NCBI GenBank assembly: GCA_027489915.1
Contig: JAIXZB010000023.1
Location: 7,854-31,853, forward strand
Origin: Rickettsiales bacterium
GTDB taxonomy: Bacteria > Pseudomonadota > Alphaproteobacteria > Rickettsiales > UBA3002
Length of the DNA stretch: 24,000 nucleotides
Reading direction: 5' to 3'
Made by a program: the position numbers and the translations under genes. Position 1 is the first letter of the stretch. Every line of letters begins with the position of its first letter. The notes under the pieces were generated by a model that was given only the letters and a program-made list of their open reading frames with translations, was not told where the DNA came from and made no database searches. Shown piece after piece: positions 23,892 through 24,000 of this stretch.

Positions 23892-24000
23892 GCGATTGAT
23901 CCTGAGGGACAGCGTTTGGAACATTATCGGGCTTGGCGGGCAGGCGTGCGGTGATGGTGGTACCTTTGTTCACTTCGCTTTCAATGAACAATTGCCCACC
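23875..24000 (-). CDS. C-terminal end of a sensor histidine kinase (HATPase_c tail); runs off the right edge
   Basis: Absent from the ORF track. The reverse complement of 24000-23875 reads GGQLFIESEVNKGTTITARLPAKPDNVPNAVPQDQSHVPST*. This has the characteristic GG.l...Se.gkGTt....LP ending of the kinase ATPase domain. The stop (23875-23877) overlaps the panB start by 17 nt. Confidence 0.45.
   Translation of the reverse strand, partial: GGQLFIESEVNKGTTITARLPAKPDNVPNAVPQDQSHVPST

Noticed and set aside
1-24000. Whole-window scan for tRNA or rRNA genes, CRISPR repeats, IS or transposase or integrase genes, toxin-antitoxin pairs and known defence-system domains
   Set aside because: Every spacer is 119 nt or shorter, with no cloverleaf-like or repeat-spacer structure. 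No ORF shows DDE, tyrosine or serine recombinase, nuclease, helicase or defence-type motifs that I could recognise by eye. A sensitive HMM scan could still change this.

Overview
This window is a very compact chromosomal core region. Under my gene calls only about 0.8 kb of 24 kb is non-coding. Gene content and order look alphaproteobacterial: pepA divergent from lptF-lptG; lptD-surA-rsmA; and one long minus-strand operon rpiB-glyA-nrdR-ribD-ribE-ribBA-ribH-nusB followed by thiL. I support 31 CDS, two of them partial at the window edges. They cover LPS transport and outer-membrane biogenesis (lptF, lptG, lptD, surA, bamE), rsmA, gmk, respiratory-complex assembly (SCO1/SenC, PCu(A)C, a Cbp3-like bc1 chaperone), riboflavin, thiamine and pantothenate genes, nrdR, glyA and rpiB. 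I found no rRNA, tRNA, CRISPR array, transposase, integrase or recognisable defence genes. All family assignments come from motifs read in the translations; no database search was run.

The parts that ordinary housekeeping does not explain are:
1. 18449-22803: an isolated cluster between the core genes rpiB and panB. It holds a PilD-type prepilin peptidase and an MshL-type lipoprotein secretin. Two tightly coupled membrane genes follow: a GldF/NosY-like ABC-2 permease with no ATPase, and an anchored protein of unknown family. The window contains no pilin, secretion ATPase or platform gene. This is my best candidate for an undescribed secretin-associated module.
2. 16053-16520: an AT-rich gene for a 4-TM protein with no family I recognise, wedged exactly into the glyA-nrdR junction and bracketed by an imperfect 9/10-bp direct repeat.
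3. 8877-9518: a Pro/Ala/Thr/Gln-rich, probably disordered protein of unknown family behind a near-consensus sigma70-type promoter.
4. A RibBX-type ribBA whose GTP-cyclohydrolase-II-like half has lost all three zinc cysteines.
5. An 87-aa unknown protein translationally coupled to panB.
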